A DNA stretch of 64,000 nt from positions 3,214,677-3,278,676 of the forward strand of contig MU054117.1 in assembly GCA_013239625.1 (NCBI GenBank), in the 5' to 3' direction. Below, one piece after another: positions 12,918-25,063 of this stretch (positions are counted from its first letter, which is position 1; every line of letters begins with the position of its first letter). Under the pieces are notes generated by a model. It ran no database searches, had not been told where the DNA came from, and saw only the letters and a list, made by a program, of their open reading frames with translations. Made by a program: the position numbers and the translations under genes. This stretch comes from Lama guanicoe. Its lineage: Eukaryota.

Positions 12918-13246
12918 CTGGCTCCAATCCCATGGTGAGTCCTGACGCTGACTCCCTTGTGGACGTCCCTCATCCTTGTCCTCCTCACCTCCCTTTGCTT
13001 TGTCACAGCAAGATCTGAGCTGAGACGTGTCAGGCAGCTGATGTGGCCCCGAGACCACTGGGTGGGTGGGTGAAGCGTGTAAACATTCAGACGCTTCCTG
13101 GAAACGCTGGGACTCCCTCCGGCCACCGGGAGTCAGGGCTCTTGCCGAGGTGACCAGAACCCCAAAGCAGAGAGTGCTCCTTGCAGGCTGAAGGATGCGG
13201 GAGCCTTGGGTCTGTGAGGACTTATGTACGAGGAAGTCCCAGCGCC
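12918..13246 (-). pseudogene. Candidate exon (329 nt, phase 1->0; may extend to 13713)
   Basis: Strong donor CAG|gtaaga, acceptor ttcctgggctttttccag|G. Open frame RWDFLVHKSSQTQ...DKAKGGEEDKDEGRPQGSQRQDSPWDWSQ. Confidence 0.4.
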
Positions 13247-13714
13247 CTGGAAAAAGCCCAGGAACCATGCTGCGGGGCTCCTCTGGGGCTTTGCGCTGCC
13301 CAGTCCGGTTCCAGGAACTCGCCACACGCTCCTCGCTGTGCGGGACGTGGCAGCCGCTCCCTCCTCACTCACACTCCCCAGAGGAAAGGATCTGACATCT
13401 GACTGGGTCATGGCGACGTCGCCGTCCTGCTCGGAAGACCCTGATGGGACAGAGGTGCTTCTGTGCTGCCTGAAAGGAGCCAGGATCTCGCTGGCTCACA
13501 TTCAGTTCTGAGAACGGGTTCTCCATCTCACGGCTCCAGGAACCCCCTCGCATCCACCTCGAAGGGGATTTCGCTGGCAGTCCCCAGGCTCTGAGACTGA
13601 CTCGCCGTGTCGTGGTCAGTCCCATGACCCTAACCACACTCTGATGTCATGTGCAAAGCCCACCAGGGACTGCAGTGAAGATCTTCAGGCTCTGCTTCTG
13701 ACTTCAAACTTCAC

Positions 13715-13855
13715 TGTAGTGGAAAGCACGTGATGTGTCAAAGCAGAGGGATGGGGTTTGAACCCTGGCTCTATCCCTTACCATCTGCGAGAACCTGGGA
13801 AGGTGACTCAGCTGTCTAAACCTCGGTTTTCTCATCTATGCAATGGGGGTATTGC
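13715..13855 (+). mobile_element. MIR SINE fragment
   Basis: Core motifs gggtttgaaccctggctct...aacctcggttttctcatctatgcaatggg. Similar MIR fragments occur near 130-260, 6100-6230, 7330-7440, 19215-19370, 21190-21420, 49870-50100, 52070-52260, 53310-53510, 60060-60270 and 60890-61005. Confidence 0.7.
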
Positions 13856-14642
13856 TGTTCGCTTCTCTGAGTCTCAGGGAGTTTCCTTGTACTCAGCACC
13901 CTGCCTGGCGAGTTAGTCCCAGCACATGTTTGTTTCTCCCAACGCCCTCGCACCCACGCAGAGACACAAGCCAATCCTCGTGAAACATTCTGGTGCCATT
14001 GTCTGCAGCTAAAAAGCTTGAGAACCTCTACTGCCACTGGTCCTAGGGTCAGAAGACCTGGGCTTGAGTCTCAACGTGGCACAAAGTGGTGTGTAACTCT
14101 GATCACCCCCTGACAGACCCCCGTGTTTTCTCTGTAATGTTGGGGACCGAGCGACTAGATGACCTTCCACCTCCCTGCGGCTTAGCATCCTCCCCTTCAA
14201 GTATTCTGATGAATCCAACATTCTTCCTTTAAAGTTGAGAAAACTGCCAAAGCAGCTCCCGGGGGTGGGACCACCCCAGGGGGACACGGGAATTAGGAGG
14301 GGTCACAGGAGGGAAATGGAAGAGAAGGTCATGGGCTGGGAGTGACAGGGGTGCCCTGCACTGTTTTACCACAGCAAGGCTGCACAGAATGGCTTCTGTA
14401 CCGCATCCTCAACGAGACACCTGCTGACAAGTCCCGCCGGCCAGGGACGGGCAGGGCGAGAGGAGCAGAGCCTCCCTCCTCACCTGACCCCACACACCGA
14501 TGCAGGATGGCCTCTCTCAAGGGAGATGTGTCCCAGAGGTGTCAGGACTGACGGCGGTAAGACCCGAATGCTAGATCCTGCCCTGCACTCCAAGGCGTGG
14601 CCTTCAAAAAGTCGGCTCCTGCTCTGGCACCGCCCTGCCCAC

Positions 14643-14906
14643 CTCTGGGCTGTGATGAGGAGGAAGCGTCACAAGGTGGAGGGCATCCCCAGCAAGCCCG
14701 CCTTCCCTGGACAGAGGAGCGCCTTTCCTCGCTGAGGCTGGCGTCCCAGCTTGGGTGTGAGGCGCGAAACCGACATCCTCCACGTCTGACGCGTGACTGG
14801 TGACGGCTTCGTGAAGCCCGTGCTCTGCCTTCTTCTGTGCCATCTTCTCAGTTAATTCTCTGCTGTCACACTCTGGGGCCATCATCTTCCTGTTCCCGAT
14901 GAGGAA
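14643..14906 (-). pseudogene. Candidate exon (264 nt, open, phase 0->0)
   Basis: Branch-like CTAAC then ttccagttctag| acceptor, donor GAG|gtgggc. 88 open codons FLIGNRKMMAPECDSRELTEKMAQKKAEHGLHEAVTSHASDVEDVGF...PPHHSPE. Confidence 0.35.
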
Positions 14907-16765
14907 CTAGAACTGGAAGTTAGACCGCTTGCTGAAAGCCCAGTGGTTACTAAATGGTTGAGCCAGGATGTGTCTCTAAGTTCATTTCGAAAATCCAATC
15001 GGTTCAAAATTTGTATTACCAAGGCTTGCCCACTGAGGAGTCTGCCTCCGTCCCCTTCCCCCGGCGCTGCCCCTCCGCAAGGCCACCAGGACAAACCAGT
15101 TTCTTACATATCATCCCAGACGTGGTCTCTGCAGACACCTGCTGAAGGGTACCGATGTTCTGTTGTGTCTCCTGAGCCAAATGGTAATGTCGCAAGGTGC
15201 TGTACTTTGCTTTTAAACTTAGTAAGTATCTTGAGGGCTGTTCCTCTCTCTCTCTCCCCCAGCCCCAACTCCACGCCTGGGACTTTGCCACTGGATTTGT
15301 ACAGAGTCCATCCCTGAAGGGCTGCCTTTGGTTAGGGTGGAGGCGGGAGGCGGGAGGCCGTGAGGCATGAGAGCTGGGAGACTTAGAGAGGCTGTAGACA
15401 GCCTCCTGCATCGGCAAGTGTGTCCCCGAAACCCGGAGCGGCCGACCCGATCAGACCACTGGCACAAGCCTGGGAGCCTTCCGGAGCAGGACCTGTGACG
15501 AGTTCACTGCCCAGAGTGGGCCCGGCTCCCAGAGTGGCTGGCAGGATGGCAGCCCAGCCCACCAAGGACCAGGGCCGGGGCTGCAGCACGTTGCGGGGAA
15601 CCCCTGGCCTGACTTGGCTTTCTTTTTTGCTGAAGAGAAATCTGGGTACATGCTGCTGGTTCCAAGCATCAGGGCAGCATTTTGAGTTCAGAAGCCCTCT
15701 TTCCCTGAGCCTCTGTTCAACCTTCCTCCTGCCAGGACTCGCCTCCATGCAGGTGAAGGGACTGGATCGCCAGTCCCGGGGGACAGCAGAGAGCCCCAGG
15801 GAGCTGGCTGGGTGATCAAGGGTGTCTGGGGTGGGATCTGGGGTCCTCGTCACCCTCTGGGCCTCCATCCCCTAAATTCCCCCCATTTACATTGTAAAAA
15901 ATAAGTTATGCTTGAAGGGAACTTCCACAGCATGAAATTCAAACAAGATTTAAAGTGACGCGTCTTCCTGGAGGACAGAGAGCTACATGAGGGGCCAGCA
16001 TTGTATGAAATACCGCGAGGCCGGAAGGTCCAAGTGCAAGATTTCCCCTTCAAAGGAGTCTAGGGTCTGAGGGCTAGACCAGCTACCATTTTTCTAGGAT
16101 GGTTTAGAGACCATGCTACTGGGAGGTCGGGGTTGGCCTAATAGTCAGTGGTTCCCAGAGCACTGCACTCGACAGGTCAGCAAAGCTTCACCCCCAAATT
16201 TGGATCAGTGAAAAGCTGATGCCTCCGTGTTCTGCCACGTAGACATAGTAGATACAGATGCAGAAAGGCCGTGTGCTGAGACTACTGTTTTCCACAGAAA
16301 GGTCATTCTAATAACGGAAAGTAAGACAATCTCAGAATAAAGACACTCCTTCAGGGGATATTCTCTGCTCACGTACACAGTCTTTGTTTGTCCTCAGACC
16401 AGCAAACATTTCCTCAGGGGCCTTCAGAGGCCCATCATGGGCCCTCCTGTAAGAGTTAAAGTGCCTGATGACGTGGCCTGGACACGGCTTCCTAACCAAA
16501 GGTGTTTACTGTCCATTTCTTTAAATTATTTCTTGAATTTATTTCTTAAAGTTCTTCAGACCTCCCTCCCTCCTCCCTCCCTCCCTTCTTTATTCTTCCC
16601 TTCCTTCTTTCCCTCCTTCTCATCCTTTACAAATGCTTATTGAGCAGGTGCTCCGTTCTAGTCACTTTTTGGCCACCTTCTCCTCTACAATGCACGTTTC
16701 TGCAACACCAAAGCGCTCACCCACACCTGATCAAGGGGCAGCCCTTGAGGTTATAAAGTGAAGCT

Positions 16766-17241
16766 TGGATAAGGAAGATATATATACACAATGGAATACT
16801 ACTCAGCCATAAAAAGGATGAATTAATGTCATTTGCAGCAACATGGATGGACCTAGAGATTATCAAACTAAGTGAAGTAAAAGTCAGACAGAAAGACAAA
16901 TGTCATATGATATTATGTATATGTGGAATCTGAAAGAATGACACAAATGAATTTATTGACAAAGCAGAAGCAGGCTCACAGGCATAGAAAACAAACTTAT
17001 GATTACCAGAGGGAAAAGGAGAGGAGGGATAAATTAGGAGTTTGGGATCAGCAGATACACAAGACTATACATAAAACAGATAAACAGCAAGGACCAACTG
17101 TAGAGCACAGGGAACTATATTCAACAGCTTGTAAAACCTATAATGAAAATATAGGGATATGTATGCATCCCTGAATCACTCTGCTGTACATCAGAAATTA
17201 ACACAACGTTGTAAAGCAACTCTACTTCAATTTTTTAAAAA
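16766..17241 (+). mobile_element. 5'-truncated young LINE-1 with TSD
   Basis: L1 3'UTR ending tctacttcaattttttaaaaaaaa. Perfect 11-bp TSD AAAGTGAAGCT at 16755-16765 and 17242-17252. Confidence 0.93.
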
Positions 17242-18484
17242 AAAGTGAAGCTGGGTTGGTCCCGCTGGCGTTCTTCCTGGCCAGGAGAGCTGCCGCAGCA
17301 GGAGCAGAATGAAGACCCTCAGGAAAAGCAAAAGGCCTTTGACTGGCTTCAGCTGAGACAAGAGCCCTTTCAGCTCTATTTTAAGAAAACTGAAAAAGCG
17401 TGCCCGCACCTGGGGTTCGGTCCCCAGAGAGACTCATCCCAGGAAGCAGGCTGCACTTCCTCCTGGGCCCACCTGGCCGGGAGTTCACCTCCATCTGCAC
17501 CATCTCATCACCTGCAGGCGACAGTGCCACGTGAGAGTTTTAGCATCTCTGGGGGCGACCTCGGACGTACAGCCGCTCAGCCCGGCTGCCCAGGGTTTCT
17601 CCCGAGGCACCGATGCCCGCTTTGGGTAGGCTGCCATCACTAAGTTTGAAGCTCTGTCTTACCCTATTGTTTTTAGCCTGTTATTTTTAGTGTGCAATGT
17701 CACAGCATGCAAGTTTTTCAGGAATGCCCGCTATAATGATGTCATAGCGCAAAAACCTGTCCTGAACAAGTCCTACTGATCTTCAAACGTATATTAAACC
17801 GTAGTGTAATCACACCCACAGGACACTCAGCCACGGTTAAAACAGCACAAGCAGAGCTATGCAGGGAAATCCCCACTGCAGAGTAAATGAAAAAAGCAAG
17901 TTGCGCAACAATACATACAGTGTGATGTATCCATGGGGCGGGGGAGAGAGCCTTCAAAACAACACCTTTTTTCCCTATGGGGGCATGCATTTTTGTCCAT
18001 CAGTACGCTGAAGGGAAACCTGGTAACTGCTCGTCTCTTAGTGGGATGGGGAGGAGGCTCCAGCCTCACTGCCCGTGGCCCCCTCCGGACCCTTCCCTCG
18101 GGCCGAAGGTCCTTGATTTTCCCGCAGTGCCTTTTCTAGACCACACTCTGGAACTTAGGACCCAGCATTCTCTTTCTACAGATCCTGAGCTCACTTCCAG
18201 GCTTGCGTGAATTCGTGCTCTGGATCTATTCTCCCCACCCCTTGGCCTTCGTGGACACCTCAGGTCCAAGGAGCCAGGGTGGGAAGAGATGAGGGGAGCA
18301 AGAGACCTCCGGTGGCCCCCCCGCTCCACCCACAAGCAGCAGAGGCAGCCGGAGTGCCAGGAGACAGGTGGGCTCTACCTGGTCCTACAGGGTTTTATCT
18401 GTAAGGCTCAGGTTTTCTTATAGGACGAATTGTTTTTGCATTGCTTGTGTACTAACAGTTCATTAAAACGTAATTAAAAGGCTA

Positions 18485-18575
18485 TTACAATATGTACATA
18501 CACGCATGACGGGGACATGATGCCGTACACCAGAAACTGACACATTGTAACTGACTATACTTCAATTTTAAAAAA
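18485..18575 (+). mobile_element. Very short LINE-1 3' tail
   Basis: ccgtacaccagaaactgacacattgtaactgactatacttcaattttaaaaaaa. Confidence 0.85.
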
Positions 18576-19327
18576 ACTAATGAAAAGAATTCAAATGCCC
18601 CCCTATTCATCCAAAGATTGCAACTAACAGAGTCTTTAATGATCAAGGCCCCTGGGGCAGAGGTCAGGAGAGGAAGGGGGAAGAAATGAAGACACGGGGG
18701 AACAGAGCTCTGATCACTCTGAGTGACAGGTGTCAATTACTTCCTAATTTTAAAGAAAACAAGCGTATTTTGATGGCTGTACAGGGCCATGGGGGTGAGG
18801 GTGGAATTCCCCAGAAGCAGAGGCCACAGCAATTAGTGGACTTCCCACTCGCATCCACCCACTGCCCGGCATCCAGCCCATGGCCAGACGAGAGGAGGAC
18901 GCCGGAAGTAGCCGTGAGCAGCTGGGATCTCGGTGCACGGGGGCAGATGGTCAGAGTGCCCGTCAGAGGGGCCGCAGGCCCGGGGATTTCCTGGGGGTGG
19001 AGTCCCAGGCAGGCTATTCTGAGGTGTCCCCCAGCTCCCCCACATCAATTCCAGGAAGCCTGCCTGGGACTATCAGAAAGTTGCCATCTCGCCTTCAGCT
19101 TCATTCAGCAAAACTGGTTGGTGTGGGCATGGGGGTGCAGGCCACCTGGCCGTGAGCTGAAAGAGCCCCAAACAGGAAGCAGGAGGCTGGCCACCTTGGG
19201 GAGGGTGTGTGAGTGTGTGTGACTTTGAACAATCCACTTAATCCTGGGCACTCCGGGCCCCTCTTCCACGTGTAATGTGTAAAACTGGGATAATATTTCA
19301 TCTCAGGGCAACTTCAAAAGGCTGTGG

Positions 19328-19582
19328 AGAAAATTATATCAGATAATGAATGTGGAAGCAATTTGCTAGCCATAAAGTGCCACGAGAATCTGAAGGTCTC
19401 GTCTCCATCCAGATGTCACCTCCTCCAGGAAGCCTTCCCCGGCTCCCTAGTCTGGATAAACTTATACCAGATACTGAATGTGACAGTAATTTGTGAGCCA
19501 CAAAGTTCTATGAAAATCTAACGGCTCATTTCCATCCAGATGTCACCTCCTCCAGGAAGCTTTCCCTGGCTCCCTAGTCTGG
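19328..19582. repeat. Degenerate tandem duplication, about 127-bp unit (MIR end plus L2 piece)
   Basis: Two adjacent copies of ...ttatatcagataatgaatgtg...ccatccagatgtcacctcctccaggaagc.ttccc.ggctccctagtctgg. Confidence 0.9.
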
Positions 19583-22104
19583 CTTAGAGGTTCCTATTCT
19601 TGGCCCTCTAGAGCCCACGTGTCAGCTTCAGTTTTGACACTTCGTATGTCCTGTTATACTGATGTACTTGGAACACAAAAATCTAATTTGTCTGTCCCTC
19701 CCCAGGTTCTATCATCATGTTGGACACAGAGCAGGGACCCCACAATCGCCCTGAAAGGGATGTGTGAGTGACTGAGTGGTTACTGGCCTCGGCCTCCCTC
19801 CCGTTGCTCTGACTGCCACGGCGTACCCACGGACCCACCCCTGCCACCAGCCCAGGGATGCTGACAATGGCACAATGCCTCATCTGCGTTTCTCTGTGTT
19901 CCCCCCAATATGTGTTCTTCCTGCAAACCCCGTGATCCAGACCCTAACCCCTCGACGTCAGGGGCCTTGTCTAGTAGTAAGTACGTAGTTAAAATAGATG
20001 AAAATGTTCACTCAACCGTAATTAAAACAACAAAGCACTAAGTAGGGGAACGTAAATCCCCCTGGACTGAAACACACGCGCACATGCACACGCACACACT
20101 CGGAGCTCCCCAGGGCCCTGGGAGGTCTGAGGGCACAAGATTTGATGCCCAAGACTCAGAGCCCAGGCTGAGAGCTTCTTCTGTGAAAGGCCCAGCAAAC
20201 TGTCCTGCTGAGAGACGGAGCGTTTCAACGCTATGAAGAAAGAGCTGGCCAGAGTGTGCTGTGGGTTCCACCAAAGTTAAGGCAGAAAACCTCCCCGCTC
20301 TGGGCTGGGCACAGCCATCAGCCTTGCGGGGGGACTAAGAAGACGGGTCGCTGGAGCTGGAGGAGGGGAAGGCTCTGTGGGGGAGGGGTGGTTTGGGGAC
20401 TAGAGAGATACTGAGGGTATGAGCCCCGAGCTTGCAAAGGAAGAAGGGTACGGTGGTGAACACAGGCCTGACAGGCAGAGCAGGGCTGGAGGAGAAGAGA
20501 ACCTTGGAGCACACGGGGGTGAGTCTCCGTCAAAAGAGCTTCAGGAGGCCTGAGGAGGGCAGCTGCACTTAGAAGGTGGTGTTGCAAGGGAGGGATCTGA
20601 GGTGGAGCTGGATGGACGCCCGGAGGAGAGACATTAGGCAATATAACGCTGAGAGTAATTCCTGCCACCCACTCTGGCAAGGGCTCCCCTAAACCCGGAG
20701 AGATGTTTGCAGTGGCTGCTCCTGCATTCGCTCCAGGGCCCCTGCCAGCTGCGAGCAGAGTCCCTCTGTGACCCCCTCACCTGGACACTGTGCTTACCAG
20801 GTGAGTCCGAGACCCTTCGCCGCATCTCCCGGGGCCTCAGCAGGCAGTTATTAGAAGCATGCGGTGGCCCAGACAAGGTGAGGCTCCCCCTGTGCTCTTA
20901 ACACAAGGGGCTTGAGATCGCCTGGCTTCTTCCCAGCCAAGCAGACAATAACGCAAGTCCTGCCTATTTTAAACATTAAATGGGGGTGATGAGTTTGGCT
21001 CCAGGTGTCCGAGGAGCCCGGGCGGTGGGGGGCGCCTGCAGCAGCCCTGGCTGGGTGGGGCTGGCGCTGGGATCACTTTGCACACCGGATCGTGTGCACG
21101 TCTGAACCCCTCGCCGGAGTCTGCCCTCAATCTCCCCCAGCTTTCTGTTGTCGTGGAAAAGCCTGGGGTGTGTAGAAGGAATTTTACAGAGGAAACACGG
21201 CGGGGTGAGCAGGAATTTGGAGTCCGCTCTACCTGGGTTCAAATTCTGGCCTCCTACGTGTAAGCTGTGTAATCTAGACAAACTACTTCATCTCCCTGTG
21301 CCTGAGTTTTCTCAGTGTAAAACGAAGGGAAATAGTACCAGGTTCCTAGAGTTGAAGAAAGAATTAAAACAGCCAACGTGCATGAAGGCCCCGGCCCTTA
21401 GCACGTCCCCAGTAGATCCATGTTTTCTTCCCTGAGCGCCCGGGTTCTGTCTGTGCATCTCAGCCCCTGCCTGACTCATTGGTTCCTCCCTGGGGAGACC
21501 CCCAGCCCAGGATGAGGCGGGACAGGACTGGAAGAAAACCCTCAGATCCCACAGGCCAAAAGCCCCTGGGTCCCAAACATCGAAAAACATCGCTAAAAGT
21601 TCACAACCTCAAAAGCCTCTGAGCCCCCCCAACTCCTCTGGCTTTATAACCTCCTCCCCTTCCTCTACCACAGTGGCCCTGTCATAGGCCATGGCACCCA
21701 GAGGACGAGGGGTGCGGGGGGCAGGATGCCGCCCTCTCCCAGCCCCGGGGTGAGGCATTCACGCCTCCCTGTCCTCCCTGGCCACACTTTGTTCCCTGTG
21801 GCTCCCTGGTCCTCTCTCTGCAGCTCTCCTCCTCCTTTGATGCCTCTGAGGGTGAATGGGGTCTGGGATCGTATGTAGAGCAGCCCTCTGTGCTCATGAC
21901 TAACCATCCATGATTTAGAGGAACCTGAAACATAGGATGAATCCAGTGAGAGAGAGACGGAGGACCAGCACTGGGGAGGGAGGAGCACGGAGCGCAACAC
22001 ACGCAGGTACATACACACATACGTGCGCACACGTGCATACACACAAACCACCGGTCACCTGTGTGGCTTACGCAATATGTGACTTAAAAGAAAAGTAGAA
22101 TGTG

Positions 22105-22191
22105 AGGGGAGGATATAGCTCAGTGGTAGAGCGCATGCTTAGCATGCCTGAGGTCCTGGGTTCAATCCCCAGTATCTCCACTAAAAAAAAA
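22105..22191 (+). mobile_element. tRNA-Ala-derived SINE (Vic-1-like, short form)
   Basis: ggggaggatatagctcagtggtagagcgcatgcttagcatgcctgaggtcctgggttcaatccccagtatctcca plus A tail; A and B boxes intact. Confidence 0.9.
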
Positions 22192-22194
22192 GTT

Positions 22195-23165
22195 GGGGAA
22201 AGGATCTGAACAGACACTTTATCAAAGAAGATACACAGACTGCAAATGGGCACGTAAAAAGATGCTCACATCATATGTCATTAGGGATCACACATTTGAA
22301 CAGCAGTGAGATACGCCTGCACACCTGTTAGAACGGCTGAAACTGAAAGCACTGACAGCGCCCAGCGAGGGGAGGACGCGGAGCAACAGGAGCTCTCGTT
22401 CCTCGCTGCTGGGAATGCAAAGTGGTGCAGCCACTTTGGAGGGCAGCTGGGCAGTCTCTGACAAAACTGAACACTCATACCTTACGACCCAGCAGTCCCA
22501 CTCCTTGGCATTGACCCAAATGAGTGGGAAACTTATTTCTGTGCAAAACTGGCACCCAAATGTTTCTAGCAGCTTCATTCAAAATTGCCAACGCCTGCAA
22601 GCAACCAAGATGCCCTTCAATAGATGAATGATAAACACCCAGACAATGGAATATTAATTCAGCACTGAAGAGAAATGAGTTATCAAGCTATGAAAAGACA
22701 TGAGGAAGCTTAAAAGTTTATGCTAAGTGAAAAAAGCCAATCTGAGCAGGCTACACACTGTATGGTTCTGCCCATGTGATATTCTGGGAAGGGCAAAGCT
22801 ACAAGAGACAGTTACAGGACCGGTGGTTGCCAATAACTCGGGGATGGATGGGTGGAGCACAGGGGATGTCAGAGCAGCGAAACTAGCCTGGGTGCTACTG
22901 TGGTGGTAGTTACATGTCACTGCACTCCTGTCAAAGCTCATCAAATGAACAACAGGAAGCGGGAGCTTCTGTAAACTGTAGATGTTAGTTAATAACATAT
23001 CAATATGGGCTCATCAAGTGGAAGAAATGTGCCAGGCTCATGCAAGATTTAACAGTACAGGAGAATGAAGGTGGGGGCAAAGGATATACACAAATTTGCT
23101 GTACTTTCCCCCAATTTTTTCTGTAAACCTAAAAATTGCTCCCCAAAAGTCTGTGAATTAAGAAA
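22195..23165 (+). mobile_element. Old LINE-1 (L1MC-like) 3' region
   Basis: aaggatctgaacagacac...gcaaagtggtgcagccactttgga...gctaagtgaaaaaagccaatctga...ttttctgtaaacctaaaa. Confidence 0.85.
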
Positions 23166-23999
23166 AGAAAGAGCAGTTGCATCACCTTGGGTAATACTTA
23201 AGATTTCCAGACCTCCATTTCAGTCTCCTTATCTACGAGGTGAGCGAGACTGATGGCTGACTCTAAGTGTCCGTGGAGAAGGAAATCTGCAAAGGCAGAT
23301 GAACGGGTTCCCCACCGTCCATCTCCCAAAGGCACTCGTGTTACAGCCTAGCTCTGCACCCACGCAGTCCCTCCGGTGGTGGAGTCCAGGACAGGGATGC
23401 TCCGAGCTGAACCAGACAAGACCCAGGCCCCCAGGGAAGCTGGGGGTGAAGGGCTCGCCTTCACCGGACACACCAGGAGACAAGAAGTCCAAGTCCGCAC
23501 ACGGCGTGGAGCTCTGACGGAGGAGAGGAGCTTGCACAGAGGAGCAGCCTTGTGGACTCAGTCCTGAAAAGCACGCAGGAGCCTTCTGTCAACACAGGAT
23601 GGACGGAGGAGGGGAGGAGGTCTCACATAAAGGGGGCAGCTGGGCCGACGCCACACCCACAGGAGCGGCAGGGCTGGGCGGCCCCCCGGGGGTTCCACCG
23701 GGAGGCCTGTGCCCACGCGGCCGCCCGCAAGCCCAGCCCAGACCCGAGCCAGCCCCAGCCAGGCTCTCTGTTCCTTCCCCAGAAGTGGAGCGCACAACAC
23801 AGAAACCCATGTTCTTTCAGATTCGGGATCTCCAACCTCAGCTCGGCCCTCGGGGGCTGCTCGGAAATTCTTTTTCGTTTCTCAGTTTCCTTTACCCCTT
23901 TCTCCACAATAGCTTTTTCAAACATGTGCTAAACCTCCTGGAACCTGTCTCCCCACTTCCCATATTCTCAGCAGATGGTCCCTGCCTCCGCCTCACCCT

Positions 24000-25049
24000 C
24001 AGCCCCACTGACTGCTTCCTCTTTCCTGTGCATCACCTTGGAAACCATGGCCCCACCTGTCTCACTCGGATCCCTCCGTCCCTGCCCTGGTCCGGCGCCT
24101 CCAGCATCCTCAGCACAGCTGAGCCCTCAGCCGCTGAGACTGCGTTCCCTCCCTGTCCAGCTTCCCCGAGACCTTCGCTGGCTCCCTTCCCTGACCTTTC
24201 CCTCAGGTGTGCCTGTTCCTGGCTTCTGCCCCCCCAATTGCTCCTCTCCCCCGCTCTACCTGGGTGGTGCCAGTGGCTTCCCTGGCCTCACTCACCTAGG
24301 TGCTGCTGATGCCCAAACGTGAGTGTCTTCAGCCACGTCTCTCCTCCGAGCATCCAATGGGACTAGCCGCCTCCTCTTGGACATCGTACTTGGATGTCCT
24401 ACAGCGACCTCCTGAGATGCCTTTCCTCTGTAAACCCCCATTTCTGAGAACCCCTTCCACATCCCCCATGGAAAAGATATTTTCAGGTTACTTTATTTAT
24501 GCCGCGGAACACTGACACTCCCCAGGCACACCCATGAAAACACCAAGGTCACAGCTGATTGGAGCCAACACAGAAATCTGATTCTCTCTTTTGAAAATAC
24601 GGGTTTGGAGACATAGTGACTGAACTCTGAAGATAGGAAATACCCGTCCTCAGCAGAGTTGATGACAGGCTGTGTGTATTCTGTACCTGCTAGCCATCCC
24701 TGCTCCGTCCTCTTTTCCCTCCAAAACTGCATTCCTTCTCTAGTTGCCCAGGCTAGAAGCTTTTCATCAATCAGTAAAGCAGCCCCCTAGATGGTCTGCT
24801 GCCTCCCCCGTCACTGTGTGCCCAGAGCCTTCCCTTCCAGAGCAAAGCCCCCATCCTGGCACACCTGCCCCTGGATCACCCAGCCCTGGCGCCTAGCTCA
24901 GCTTCACCTCTCCCGTCCCTCTCCTCACCCTGGACCCTGCAGCCAATATGCAGTGTCCCAAATTCTCTGTTCTCTCTTCCCTGCGGACTTACGTACGTGC
25001 CTTTTTTGTTGTTGTTGTTCTAACTGGAACATTCTTTCTCCACCCCTTT
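24000..25049 (+). mobile_element. L2 fragments (continuing at about 26767-27015 after the L1 insertion)
   Basis: gatgcccaaacg...cttggatgtcc; agttgcccaggctagaa; the 3' part ends cctagcataagacctggcacat...tgttggatgagttaatgaa. Confidence 0.6.
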
Positions 25050-25063
25050 TTGGCTGTACAATT

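Noticed and set aside
17245..17643. Plus-strand exon-like ORF (…QQEQNEDPQEKQKAFDWLQLRQEPFQLYFKK…)
   Set aside because: Protein-looking and preceded by an AG, but isolated. It starts in an L1 TSD and I found no phase-compatible partner exons.
22109..22180. tRNA-Ala(AGC) gene
   Set aside because: Very tRNA-like, but it has mismatches in the acceptor and anticodon stems, extra 5' Gs and an A-tail instead of a T-run terminator. Five related copies occur in the window, so it is a SINE.
23599..24309. 236-aa ORF
   Set aside because: GC-rich, Pro/Leu-biased, and its 3' half runs through an L2 fragment. No domain or splice support.
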